From an archaeon (GTDB lineage: Archaea; Aenigmatarchaeota; Aenigmatarchaeia; GW2011-AR5): 64,000 bases of DNA. Below are positions 8,952 through 17,702 of this stretch, piece by piece. The stretch covers positions 2,771 through 66,770 of the forward strand of contig JANQNA010000006.1 in NCBI GenBank assembly GCA_028279825.1, given 5' to 3'. Below the pieces are notes generated by a model, which was given only the letters and a program-made list of their open reading frames with translations, was not told where the DNA came from and searched no databases. The translations under genes were made by a program, and so were the position numbers. The stretch's first letter is position 1, and each line of letters opens with the position of its first letter.

Positions 8952-9721
8952 TCACTCAGGAAATTTACCAGCTGTCCGTAACTTTCTATTACGATACCAC
9001 CTTTTTCCCGTACGTTTTCTTTGGCATCGGCATCTGCCATGGACGAAGATGCCACACGACCGCCGTGATCAAGCACATATTCTATGCATGGGTGATCACT
9101 GCTGTTATTTATTAACAGCCTGATTTCAGAAGGTTCAAAACCCTCTGTTGCTTCTTTTAATGTTTCCAATCTTTGTTCCCTTGTTCTCATTCTTGGTTCT
9201 ATCCTCGATCCGTCATGTAACGGTTCTAAACGACTTCCAAACACATCGTCAAACGGAAAAATAGTTTCAGTATCATCGTGCCGTCTGTCCTGTACGCGTT
9301 CATTCAAGAAATTTCTCATACCTCGTTCATAAACATTTGAAACAACCACAGCCCTTCTTAATCCTTTTTGTTTCGCCGCCCCTACTGCCCACTGAACAGT
9401 ACGATCAAACCTTTTACGGGCTCTTCCGTCTTTTGTGTAACTTCCTATGTAGCGTCTCACCATTTCCGGCGGTATGTGATTAAGAACATGAGCATTAAGA
9501 ACGTCATACAACTGATCGTGCCTGAACAGGTGCGTTATTCTTCTGTCAGCCCTATACAATTCTCTCTGACGCCATAAATTCGGGACATAACGGGTTCCAA
9601 GAAGCGGTCTTGTCACTCTTTTTCGTGCATCATGCATGGCAGAAGCAGCCACGTATTCCCACATGTCACTGTGATCTCCCCTGATAATGGAATTGTTCCA
9701 ACCTATTACGAGAACTGTCAT
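8936..9721 (-). CDS. Hypothetical Arg-rich protein (261 aa) with composition atypical for this window
   Basis: Long ORF that is visibly more GC- and Arg-rich than its neighbours. No family recognised from sequence. Confidence 0.4.
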   Translation of the reverse strand: MTVLVIGWNNSIIRGDHSDMWEYVAASAMHDARKRVTRPLLGTRYVPNLWRQRELYRADRRITHLFRHDQLYDVLNAHVLNHIPPEMVRRYIGSYTKDGRARKRFDRTVQWAVGAAKQKGLRRAVVVSNVYERGMRNFLNERVQDRRHDDTETIFPFDDVFGSRLEPLHDGSRIEPRMRTREQRLETLKEATEGFEPSEIRLLINNSSDHPCIEYVLDHGGRVASSSMADADAKENVREKGGIVIESYGQLVNFLSDHSTT

Positions 9722-9789
9722 AAACCCACAATATGTGGAGTTTATTTAAGATTAGGTCACTTTAAAAGATTTTCTTACAAGTTCTTTTT

Positions 9790-10521
9790 ATGCCTGTATT
9801 TGAAGACATAACAGAGAAGCTGAAAAGCGAAAAGTTGCATTTTTCATTGCTGGATCCGGATAAGGCCAAGACAGACCTGGATAAACTGGGTTCACTCTCA
9901 AAGGAACTGGAGAAAAAGGGTACAAACGCTATAATGGTTGGCGGTTCTACCAGCGTGGACAGGGAATACCTGGATGAAGTCATAAGAACGATAAAGGAAA
10001 ACACGAGTCTGCCTGTTATACTTTTCCCTGGAGGACTTTCCGGGGTTTCCCGTTATGCAGATGCTATATTCTTTATGTCGCTTGTTAACTCAAAGGATCC
10101 TTTCTGGATTGTCGGTGCACAGGCAAAAGCCGCACCCATTGTCAGGGATCTAGGCGTGGAACCAATATCAATGGGATACATCATAGTTGAGCCCGGAATG
10201 AGAGTTGGTGAAGTCGGTAAAGCAGAAGTTGTAAAGCAGTTTGAACCGGAGAAAGCTGTGGAATACGCAATGGCTGCACAGTATATGGGAATGCAACTGG
10301 TCTACTTAGAAGCCGGCTCAGGCGCTACGTCTTTTGTTCCTCCGGAAATGGTAAAAATGGTCAAGGACGCACTCGACATTCCTTTGATAGTTGGTGGCGG
10401 TATTCGTACGCCGGAGGCTGCCAAAAAGATTGCAGAAGCAGGTGCAGATATAATAGTTACCGGTACGTTGATAGAGAAAGGCGGCGATGTAGAGCCTTTG
10501 ATCAGGGCTATCAAGGGATAA
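9790..10521 (+). CDS. Geranylgeranylglyceryl phosphate synthase (GGGPS, PcrB family)
   Basis: TIM-barrel PcrB/GGGPS motifs: AIMVGGSTSV, LPVILFPGG, YLEAGSGA and LIVGGGIRT. Confidence 0.9.
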   Translation: MPVFEDITEKLKSEKLHFSLLDPDKAKTDLDKLGSLSKELEKKGTNAIMVGGSTSVDREYLDEVIRTIKENTSLPVILFPGGLSGVSRYADAIFFMSLVNSKDPFWIVGAQAKAAPIVRDLGVEPISMGYIIVEPGMRVGEVGKAEVVKQFEPEKAVEYAMAAQYMGMQLVYLEAGSGATSFVPPEMVKMVKDALDIPLIVGGGIRTPEAAKKIAEAGADIIVTGTLIEKGGDVEPLIRAIKG

Positions 10522-11536
10522 TCCCTGTTTCCTTCAGTACTTCTTCAGCCTTCTTTTTTGTAACATTGACTTCGTTAAGAATCGTGTAACGGTCACGAAC
10601 ATTTTTTGCACTTACCAGTGCTTCTACGATAATATCCTCCACACCCAGTTCTTTAGCCGTTACAGGCAGGCCGGCTTTTTCCAGATTTGATTTTGTTTTC
10701 TGCCAGTCCCCTTTTTGTAAGTATGAAGATATTATGGATGTTAAGGCAACCTGATTGCCGTGCAAAGCCTTGGAACCAAGCTTGTCCAGCATATGAGAAA
10801 TATTATGCTCACTTCCTGAACAGGGACGGGAAGACCCGTAAATGTTCATTGCGAAACCGGAAGATACGAGTGACCAGAATAAAACTTCCAGTGCATGATA
10901 ATCCTTTTTCTTCAGGTCGTCAATATGTTTTGTTACCGCTTCTGCGGAAATCAGGGAGAGTTTTCCCATCATTTCATGATAGTTTTCTTTGCCGGCTTTG
11001 TCAGCCAACTTCCAGTCTTCTACAGCCGAAAAGTTTGACAAAAGATCACCCATTCCGCTGGCTATGTATTTGTAACCTGCGTTTTTTATTACCTCCAGGT
11101 CGGCTATAATTGCTGCAGGCTCCTGCGCAGTCACGGACATCCAGTTGCCCTGGCCGTCATCTATAATTGCTCTTGAAGATACAACACCGTCATGGCTCAA
11201 TATTGTTGGTATAGCCACCCAGGGCTTCTGTGCGAGAAAAGCCAGGTACTTTGCGGCGTCCATGCTTTTTCCGCCGCCTATTCCAACTATGAAATCCACG
11301 GCTTTCACATCTTTTGCCATTTCTTTCAGGTGATTGATTTCTATGGTCGCAGGTTCGGACATCTCCACTTCAAACGCAGAAGAGACTTCTGAAGATATTG
11401 TGCTGCATATATTCTGTACATGTTCGGTGCATATGATTGCACAATTTTTACCAAAATTAAGATTCTCTAATGTGTCGGCTACCTTGCCTTTCGTGTTTTT
11501 GTCAATGAGTATCTTGTAAGGTAGTGATACTATCAT
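10511..11536 (-). CDS. egsA: sn-Glycerol-1-phosphate dehydrogenase (G1PDH, EgsA)
   Basis: Iron-type alcohol dehydrogenase fold with FIVGIGGGKSMDAAKY and His-rich metal-site motifs. Convergent with GGGPS. Together they form the archaeal ether-lipid backbone pathway. Confidence 0.9.
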   Translation of the reverse strand: MIVSLPYKILIDKNTKGKVADTLENLNFGKNCAIICTEHVQNICSTISSEVSSAFEVEMSEPATIEINHLKEMAKDVKAVDFIVGIGGGKSMDAAKYLAFLAQKPWVAIPTILSHDGVVSSRAIIDDGQGNWMSVTAQEPAAIIADLEVIKNAGYKYIASGMGDLLSNFSAVEDWKLADKAGKENYHEMMGKLSLISAEAVTKHIDDLKKKDYHALEVLFWSLVSSGFAMNIYGSSRPCSGSEHNISHMLDKLGSKALHGNQVALTSIISSYLQKGDWQKTKSNLEKAGLPVTAKELGVEDIIVEALVSAKNVRDRYTILNEVNVTKKKAEEVLKETGIIP

Positions 11537-11544
11537 ACTGATAC

Positions 11545-12339
11545 TTAACCAAAAACAATTAAAAACAAGTTTCCATACAACAAAGTTAGCAAAAGCGTTA
11601 TGGGGAAGACCGGTACAAAGCGAACACCGGTCTTTATGACAACGTATTTTCTTGTTCTCTTAAGGCTCTTTACCTGTTTGTCCGTCAGACCAATCCATTT
11701 CATGCTGTCTAAAACGTCGCCTGTTCTGAGTTTTTTAACCGGGATTTTCTTCTTGAAAACGTGTTTTTCTATTATGACTGCATAACGCCAGAAAACCAGC
11801 AGCAGTGCTATTGAAATAAGTACTGTAGCCAGGGGTGCTAATGACCTTATGTTTGTTGCCAGAAATGCTATATACACCACTACAAATGCGATAAACGGTA
11901 CAGAAAGAAGGGTTGCGTTGCCTTTCAGGTCTTTTTTGAACAATGAGAGTGAGACAGGGTTCATAAGACCCATTATTCCTGCGTATGCAACCGTGTAAAC
12001 AATACTGACAATCATGAAGTTAAGGATGTAAGGTATGATAAACAGCTGCCCACCGTATAAGGGTATCATGTAGCCTATGGCTGCAAGTATCCATGCGTCA
12101 GCGCCGCCCCACTGGCCTTTTTTATAGAGGATTAATCCGATGGACAAAAGCACTGAGCCTATAACCAGTGAGAAGAATAAAGACGTGAAATCACCTGTAA
12201 GGATCCAGTTGGCTATCCAATAAAACACACCAATTACGACCAGTCCTACGGCAAGTTCGTCAGGCACTTCCGTTGTCTTCAGATCCCAGAGACCTGCAAT
12301 GACGGTGCCAATAACAGCGATAAGTAATATTTCGATCAT
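11545..12339 (-). CDS. Archaeal prepilin/preflagellin peptidase (A24 family; FlaK/PibD/EppA-like)
   Basis: First catalytic Asp lies in GLWDLKTTEVPDE (the DxxxxxxPD motif). Second catalytic Asp lies in GQWGGADAWILAAIGYMIP (the GGAD motif). Polytopic membrane protein of 264 aa. Confidence 0.65.
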   Translation of the reverse strand: MIEILLIAVIGTVIAGLWDLKTTEVPDELAVGLVVIGVFYWIANWILTGDFTSLFFSLVIGSVLLSIGLILYKKGQWGGADAWILAAIGYMIPLYGGQLFIIPYILNFMIVSIVYTVAYAGIMGLMNPVSLSLFKKDLKGNATLLSVPFIAFVVVYIAFLATNIRSLAPLATVLISIALLLVFWRYAVIIEKHVFKKKIPVKKLRTGDVLDSMKWIGLTDKQVKSLKRTRKYVVIKTGVRFVPVFPITLLLTLLYGNLFLIVFG

Positions 12340-12428
12340 TGTACCACAAAAGGATGCTTTTTATACTTTGAACAAGCTTTAATTATCAGTTAAATTACTT
12401 ATTATCAGGTATATAAAGAGATGGTGCT

Positions 12429-13136
12429 ATGTTGCCAAAACATATAGGTATAATACTAGACGGGAACAGGCGCTTCGCGCGTGAATTGATGAAAAAACCG
12501 TGGGCAGGCCACAAGATGGGTCTAGAGAAAGCCAGGGACGTTCTTGACTGGGCATGCGAACGCGGTATAAAATATGTAACTGCTTACGTACTTTCTCTGG
12601 AAAACTTCCAGACCAGGCCGAAAAAAGAACTGGAACTGATACTCAAATATTTCGGGGAAGAAATGGATGAAATGTTTGAAAATTCAGGGCATATTGTTCA
12701 TAAGTCAAAGGTCAAAATCAGGTTTATAGGCAGGACACATATACTGCCGGATGAACTTTTGGAAAAAATGAAGAAAGTTGAAGAGAAAACAAAGGATTAT
12801 GAGGAACATACGCTGAATATTGCTATTGCCTACGGCGGCCAGCAGGAAATAGTTGACGCAGTCAGAAAGATAATGGAGAAGAGCCTGGACGGTACGATAA
12901 AGATAAGCCAGCTGGATGAGACACTCCTAAGGGAACATCTTTATACGAACGGACAGCCCGCTCCGGACATGATAATCAGAACCGGAGGGGAAAAAAGACT
13001 TTCAAATTTTTTGCCGTTCCAGTCTGTATACAGTGAGCTATTCTTTACGGATACAAAATGGCCGGCTTTTACAAAAAACGAGTTTGATAAGGCACTTGAC
13101 GATTTCTCAAGCAGACACAGGCGATTTGGTAGTTAA
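12429..13136 (+). CDS. uppS: Undecaprenyl (cis-polyprenyl) diphosphate synthase
   Basis: HIGIILDGNRRFARE...KYVTAYVLSLENF...IRTGGEKRLSNFLPFQSVYSELFF are the classic cis-prenyltransferase motifs. Confidence 0.9.
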   Translation: MLPKHIGIILDGNRRFARELMKKPWAGHKMGLEKARDVLDWACERGIKYVTAYVLSLENFQTRPKKELELILKYFGEEMDEMFENSGHIVHKSKVKIRFIGRTHILPDELLEKMKKVEEKTKDYEEHTLNIAIAYGGQQEIVDAVRKIMEKSLDGTIKISQLDETLLREHLYTNGQPAPDMIIRTGGEKRLSNFLPFQSVYSELFFTDTKWPAFTKNEFDKALDDFSSRHRRFGS

Positions 13137-13138
13137 GT

Positions 13139-13702
13139 ATGAGTTACTTGGATATTGAAAAGCGTTACAAACGCGGTCCGCAGATAATAACAAGAAAAGA
13201 TGCGGCTGTGATAGTTTCGGAGACAGGGCTGTGTCCGCAATGGAAATGTCTGGATCTTGGCGGAGGTTCCGGTTTTCTATCATTGTTTCTGGCAAATCTT
13301 GTGCCTAAAGGATCTGTGACTACTTATGAGAAAAAGAAGGAGCATGCGGAGATAATAAAGAATAATGTGAAGCTTTCGGGATTCAAGAACGTGAAGGTAA
13401 TCAACAAACCGGCTGAACGCTTCGCTGGTAAAGGATTTGATTTAGTAACTGCGGACATGAAAGGCACAGAGAAATTGGTTAAGAAGATACATACTGCTCT
13501 AAAACTGGGCGGATACTTTGCTGTTTATTCACCGCATATAGAACAACAGATGGCCTGCAAGAAAACAATGGAAAAAGTATTCAAAAAGATCAGGACTATT
13601 GAGACTATACAGCGTGAATGGAAAATAGACACGCGCGGCTTCACTCATCCTGTGCCGTCACAGGTTGTTCACACAGGCTACGTTACTATAGCGAGGAAGT
13701 AA
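13139..13702 (+). CDS. SAM-dependent methyltransferase, TrmI/GCD14-like (tRNA m1A methyltransferase family), short form
   Basis: GPQIITRKDAAVIV matches the TrmI tQIiYpkD motif. The SAM motif I is LDLGGGSGFLSLFLA. FDLVTADM resembles the TrmI DAVFLDLP region. Confidence 0.5.
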   Translation: MSYLDIEKRYKRGPQIITRKDAAVIVSETGLCPQWKCLDLGGGSGFLSLFLANLVPKGSVTTYEKKKEHAEIIKNNVKLSGFKNVKVINKPAERFAGKGFDLVTADMKGTEKLVKKIHTALKLGGYFAVYSPHIEQQMACKKTMEKVFKKIRTIETIQREWKIDTRGFTHPVPSQVVHTGYVTIARK

Positions 13703-13729
13703 GCTTTTTTCTTCAGAAGCTTTTTTGAA

Positions 13730-13879
13730 TGGGTCCGAGGAGATTTGAACTCCTGTCACGGGCTTTTCCGCGAACCTTTCCTTTTGATTGAACTTTTGGA
13801 AAAGTTCACCCGAAGCCCGGATCATAGCCGTTAGACGTCCGAAGGACGTCAGTCTCTGACCAAGCTAGACTACGGACCC
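13730..13879 (-). tRNA. tRNA gene of about 150 nt with one or two introns. The inferred mature anticodon is CGG (Pro), which is uncertain.
   Basis: On the minus strand the acceptor stem GGGUCCG/CGGACCC is perfect with discriminator A. The T-arm is AGGAG-UUCAAAU-CUCCU. The D-arm is GUCU...AGAC. The anticodon stem is CGGGC/GCCCG with loop UUCGGG|A interrupted by a 44-nt insert that contains an 8-bp hairpin. A second insert of about 32 nt (hairpin GACGUC-CUUCG-GACGUC) lies between the D-arm and the anticodon stem. Confidence 0.6.
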
Positions 13880-14148
13880 GGTTCATTAAAACATTTGTTA
13901 CATTCCCAGTATTCGATTTTTTTCTGTTTTCCTGTCCATCTGACTAAGTCAAACTTTTTTCTTCCGATTTTTGTTGTGCCAACTTTTTTGTATTTTCCCG
14001 GGCCTATTGGAGATTCAAATTTTCCGAAGTAGTTACCATTACTATACTTGTTACCGTCTAATGTGATATTTATGTATTTACCACAATCCAGACACCTTCG
14101 TTTTATTCTTCTTTTCATTTTCATCCTTAGTAATTGAGAATCATTCAA
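13870..14148 (-). CDS. Small basic zinc-ribbon protein (hypothetical). Its last codons overlap the tRNA 5' end.
   Basis: 92 aa with CxxC...CxxC (CLDCG...CNKC) and a Lys/Arg-rich sequence. The overlap with the tRNA makes the exact extent doubtful. Confidence 0.3.
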   Translation of the reverse strand: MNDSQLLRMKMKRRIKRRCLDCGKYINITLDGNKYSNGNYFGKFESPIGPGKYKKVGTTKIGRKKFDLVRWTGKQKKIEYWECNKCFNEPGP

Positions 14149-14159
14149 GAAATAAAAAG

Positions 14160-16325
14160 CTACTGTGCCGCGGCTTTGACTTCTTTTGCGATCTTCGGCC
14201 CGAGTATTTTTGCCAGGGTTGTCTCGTCTACAATGGTAATATCCTTGGCAGATTTAATTCCTTCTCTGTAAAGTTTTCTTGCACGTACACGGCCAATACC
14301 TTTCAGGGCTACCAGCTTGAGGAGCTCTTCACGCACGCCGTACTTAATCTGAAGTTTTGTCTTGTTTAAATTGTTGGCGATGTCACGGACATTTATGATC
14401 AGTGCCAGTTCACTTGCTGCGTAAAGCATCCACTCAGCACGACTGGTTTTGTTATATAATTCGCCAGGCGTAACATTGTAACGTTCGAGTATCTTGTCTT
14501 CGCCTGCCTCGTCAATCCAGTCCTGAAGCAGGAGAGCGGTCTTGAAGGACGATAAAAAGTCTTCGTATTCAACATCCCAGATATCAGGAGCTTCCATGTC
14601 GTTATGGGCCAGCTGAACTTCCAGTTCTTCATACTCAGCCTTTCTTGGATTCAGCAGCGGCTTCATCTCGTCACACTGGCATATTGTCATAAGGTTATGA
14701 ATGTTTGTGTCTTCATCACTCATAACTGTTAGTATGAGATTTGCGGAAATCGGATCTATGTATAACTCGCTGACACGCTTCCCGATCTTTGTTGCTTTCA
14801 AAGGTGTTGACTGGGACAGCTGGAAGGCCGGCATGAAATCCTTTGAAATAAACTCACCCTTTTCACCAATAATAATGAACTTGTAACTTTCCAGCTCCTT
14901 TAACACTCTTTCAAGCTTTCCTTCGATCTTTTCTATGTCACCGTACTGATTGGCGAAAAATGTACGGGTGAAAAATTCTTTAAGCTCTGTTTTTGTTCTT
15001 ACAAACTCGGAAGCTATAAGCGACAGTGTGTATACCCTAAGTGCACGTTCAACACCAAGTTTTGAGTACACTTCTTCTGCTTCACCCTGCACGTATTTGT
15101 CCCATAGTATTTTTGCTTCTGTCTGGGCTTTTGCAAGCAGAATTGCTTCACCTTCTTTATCATATTTAGGACGACCGGCACGACCCATCATCTGGTGGAT
15201 CTCCATTACAGGAATAAATGCTGCTCCGTAACCCTGCGAGAATCTTTTCACGTCTTTTATTAAAACTCTATAGGCCGGCAGGTTCATTCCAAAGGCAAGC
15301 GTGGGCGTCGAGGAAATTGTTCTTAACAAGCCTGCACGGAAAGAGTCTTCTATCAGTTTTCTCTGCGTTGGCATAAGTCCTGCATGGTGGAAAGCTGCAC
15401 CACCTTCTACTATTTTTGCCAGGCGTCTGCACTGTTTTGTCGGTGAAGGCAGCGCACTTTCAATATTTTTTGCGAGTTTTTTAAGCTTCTGTCTTTCACC
15501 CTGGTTAAGCAGTATCTTTGTCTTCTCTCCTATTCTTTCTGCAGACTTTTCCGCACTGCGCCGCGTTGATGTGAAGACCAGGGACTGTTTTTCTTTCTTT
15601 ATGGTATCTATACACAGATCAATATCACTTTCATTATCTGCCGTTATCTTGCTTTTCTTCCTGCCAAACTCAATTATGTGACCGGATTCATCAGGGTACA
15701 TCACACCTTTGTTCAGCTTTACGGGACGATAATCACTTTTTACCAACCCAGCATTTAACCAATTGGCAATTTCATCAGCATTTTGTATTGTGGCTGACAG
15801 GGCCAGTATCTGGCTGTTTGTCATCCCGGCTAATTGTGTCAGCACTATCTCTAAAGTCGGCCCTCTTGAGGGATCATTGATTACATGGACTTCATCCGAC
15901 ACAATCAGGGAAATATCCTTTACCCATGTTGAATTATGACGCAGCAAAGAATCCATTTTCTCGTTGCTGGCAATAATAAGGTCCGATCTTCCTAACCAGC
16001 CGTCTGAAGAATCCAAATCACCTGTGGCTACACCGACTTTCATGCCCATTTTTTTGTATTTCTTGAATTCAGTAAACTTTTCAGAGGCCAGGGCCTTCAA
16101 AGGTACAAGGTAGATACTCTTCCTGCCTTCCAGGAAGTTTTTCAGGATTGCTATTTCAGCTATCAGGGTTTTGCCCGAGGCTGTTGGTGAAGCAACAACA
16201 AGATTTTTTCTCTCAAGCAGACCCTTTTTAACGGCTGCTATCTGCGGCGGGTTTAGTTTTTCTATTCCTTCGGATCTTAGAACAGAAATCAGTTTTTCCG
16301 GGAGAGCAAGTTTCTCTAATAGCAT
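14160..16325 (-). CDS. hel308: Hel308 (Hjm) Ski2-like DNA helicase
   Basis: Walker A ASPTASGKTLIAE, DEVH box (VSDEVHVI), winged-helix and ratchet domains. A C-terminal HLH domain is present. 721 aa. Confidence 0.9.
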   Translation of the reverse strand: MLLEKLALPEKLISVLRSEGIEKLNPPQIAAVKKGLLERKNLVVASPTASGKTLIAEIAILKNFLEGRKSIYLVPLKALASEKFTEFKKYKKMGMKVGVATGDLDSSDGWLGRSDLIIASNEKMDSLLRHNSTWVKDISLIVSDEVHVINDPSRGPTLEIVLTQLAGMTNSQILALSATIQNADEIANWLNAGLVKSDYRPVKLNKGVMYPDESGHIIEFGRKKSKITADNESDIDLCIDTIKKEKQSLVFTSTRRSAEKSAERIGEKTKILLNQGERQKLKKLAKNIESALPSPTKQCRRLAKIVEGGAAFHHAGLMPTQRKLIEDSFRAGLLRTISSTPTLAFGMNLPAYRVLIKDVKRFSQGYGAAFIPVMEIHQMMGRAGRPKYDKEGEAILLAKAQTEAKILWDKYVQGEAEEVYSKLGVERALRVYTLSLIASEFVRTKTELKEFFTRTFFANQYGDIEKIEGKLERVLKELESYKFIIIGEKGEFISKDFMPAFQLSQSTPLKATKIGKRVSELYIDPISANLILTVMSDEDTNIHNLMTICQCDEMKPLLNPRKAEYEELEVQLAHNDMEAPDIWDVEYEDFLSSFKTALLLQDWIDEAGEDKILERYNVTPGELYNKTSRAEWMLYAASELALIINVRDIANNLNKTKLQIKYGVREELLKLVALKGIGRVRARKLYREGIKSAKDITIVDETTLAKILGPKIAKEVKAAAQ

Positions 16326-16355
16326 TACAAAATATATTATTCAAAAGGATAAATA

Positions 16356-17336
16356 CTATCTTTTTCGAGAAATCAGGTAGTCGGCGAAGAATTCCAATAT
16401 TTCATGCAATTCTTCCGGAAGGGTTTTCACTGTTTCCAGAGCTTCTTGTTTCATTTTTTCGGCTTTTTCCCGTGCATAATCTATAGATCCATGCTTCTCG
16501 AAAAGACGCTTCACTTCTGAAACCTCTTCATCAGTTGTGTCTTCCGGCAGTTTGTTAAGAATTTTCAAAAGCTTTTCGGCTTCGCCATCTGAGCATTTGC
16601 CAAGACAATGGATGGCCAGTATACTTCTTTTCCCTTCCTTTACATCACGGCCTATCTCTTTACGGCCTTTGCCGACTGTAAGGTCAAGAATATCGTCGGC
16701 TATCTGGAAAGCAGGGCCAATCTCTGAGCCGAACTTGATTAATTTAGGTATTATTTCCTCGCGTTCTGCCACCACAGCTGCACCTACCATACATACTGTC
16801 AGGTAATGGGCCGTTTTGTCGGTGACCATGTCAAGATAATCCTTTTCTTCAGGGCTGTTATTTTCCCTAAGATTTATGTCCATTGTCTGGCCTTCGGCCG
16901 TGCGTATAGACGTTTTTACCATGGAATCAATGAGATGGAACTTTTTCTCATTGTCCACATCAGAAGACAGAATTAATTCAAACACCTTCTGGGCCATATA
17001 GTCACCTACATTTATACCATGGGCCAGACCGTACTTTTTCCATACTGCAGGCTTGTCTCTTCTCACTTCATCTCCGTCTTCAATATCATCGTGGATAAGC
17101 AGCCAGTTATGAAGAATCTCGCAGGAAGCAGCAAAAGGGAGGATTTTCTGGTCTTTACCGCCCAGGGCTTCATAGGTTACTATAGACAGTATTGGCCGCA
17201 GTCTTTTCCCACCTGTCCCTAGATGGTACCAGACAGCGTCATCGAGGTTTTTAAGCCCGTTTTTCGGGAATACTTTTTCAATTTCCCGGTCTATCATATG
17301 TGCCTTCTGAGCCGTCAATTTTGATATATCTATCAT
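16356..17336 (-). CDS. Polyprenyl (geranylgeranyl/farnesyl) diphosphate synthase
   Basis: FARM motif LIHDDIEDGDEVRR and SARM motif FQIADDILD are present. The start is set to the Met before MIDISKL (17336). The longer track ORF adds a non-homologous hydrophobic leader. Confidence 0.85.
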   Translation of the reverse strand: MIDISKLTAQKAHMIDREIEKVFPKNGLKNLDDAVWYHLGTGGKRLRPILSIVTYEALGGKDQKILPFAASCEILHNWLLIHDDIEDGDEVRRDKPAVWKKYGLAHGINVGDYMAQKVFELILSSDVDNEKKFHLIDSMVKTSIRTAEGQTMDINLRENNSPEEKDYLDMVTDKTAHYLTVCMVGAAVVAEREEIIPKLIKFGSEIGPAFQIADDILDLTVGKGRKEIGRDVKEGKRSILAIHCLGKCSDGEAEKLLKILNKLPEDTTDEEVSEVKRLFEKHGSIDYAREKAEKMKQEALETVKTLPEELHEILEFFADYLISRKR

Positions 17337-17425
17337 ACGAAAATCTTGATCTAAAAGCTTAAGAAGTAAAATCTTAATATACGGCATGGAATATAGTATA
17401 ACTAGAGAACAGGGAGTGATTAGAT

Positions 17426-17698
17426 ATGAGTGCACCTTACAAAAGAGGTTACAGCCATACAAAATCTAAGGGAAAAGAGGCAATGGTAGATTGTACGTAT
17501 TGTGGCAGAAGAGTGCCACGATGGAAGACTTTTGTCAAGTACAAGGGTTTCAGGATAAACGATCCGGCACTTAGAAAACAGATCGACAGCAGATTTGTTA
17601 GCAGTGTCCAGTCTAAGCTGTACGTTTGTCCGGCATGTGCCCGTTTCCGCGGTGTTGTAAAGGTGGGTAGATCAAGAAAAACACGATCAAGCAGGTGA
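17426..17698 (+). CDS. rps26e: Ribosomal protein S26e
   Basis: DCTYCGRRVPRWKTF...KLYVCPACARFRGVVKVGRSRKTR aligns with S26e (RCTNCARCVPKDKAI...[25 protein letters not shown]). Confidence 0.75.
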   Translation: MSAPYKRGYSHTKSKGKEAMVDCTYCGRRVPRWKTFVKYKGFRINDPALRKQIDSRFVSSVQSKLYVCPACARFRGVVKVGRSRKTRSSR

Positions 17699-17702
17699 TT
17701 AA

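Noticed and set aside
13790-13850. Alternative tRNA reading that uses the GACGU-CCUUCGG-ACGUC hairpin as the anticodon arm (anticodon UUC, Glu)
   Set aside because: It would place C at position 33 and allow a C32-G38 pair, collapsing the loop to 5 nt. The CGGGC/GCCCG arm with U33 and G37 gives a canonical anticodon loop.
16356-17462. 42-codon N-terminal extension of the polyprenyl synthase ORF
   Set aside because: The hydrophobic, Cys-rich extension has no counterpart in polyprenyl synthases. MIDISKL aligns with the usual N-terminus.
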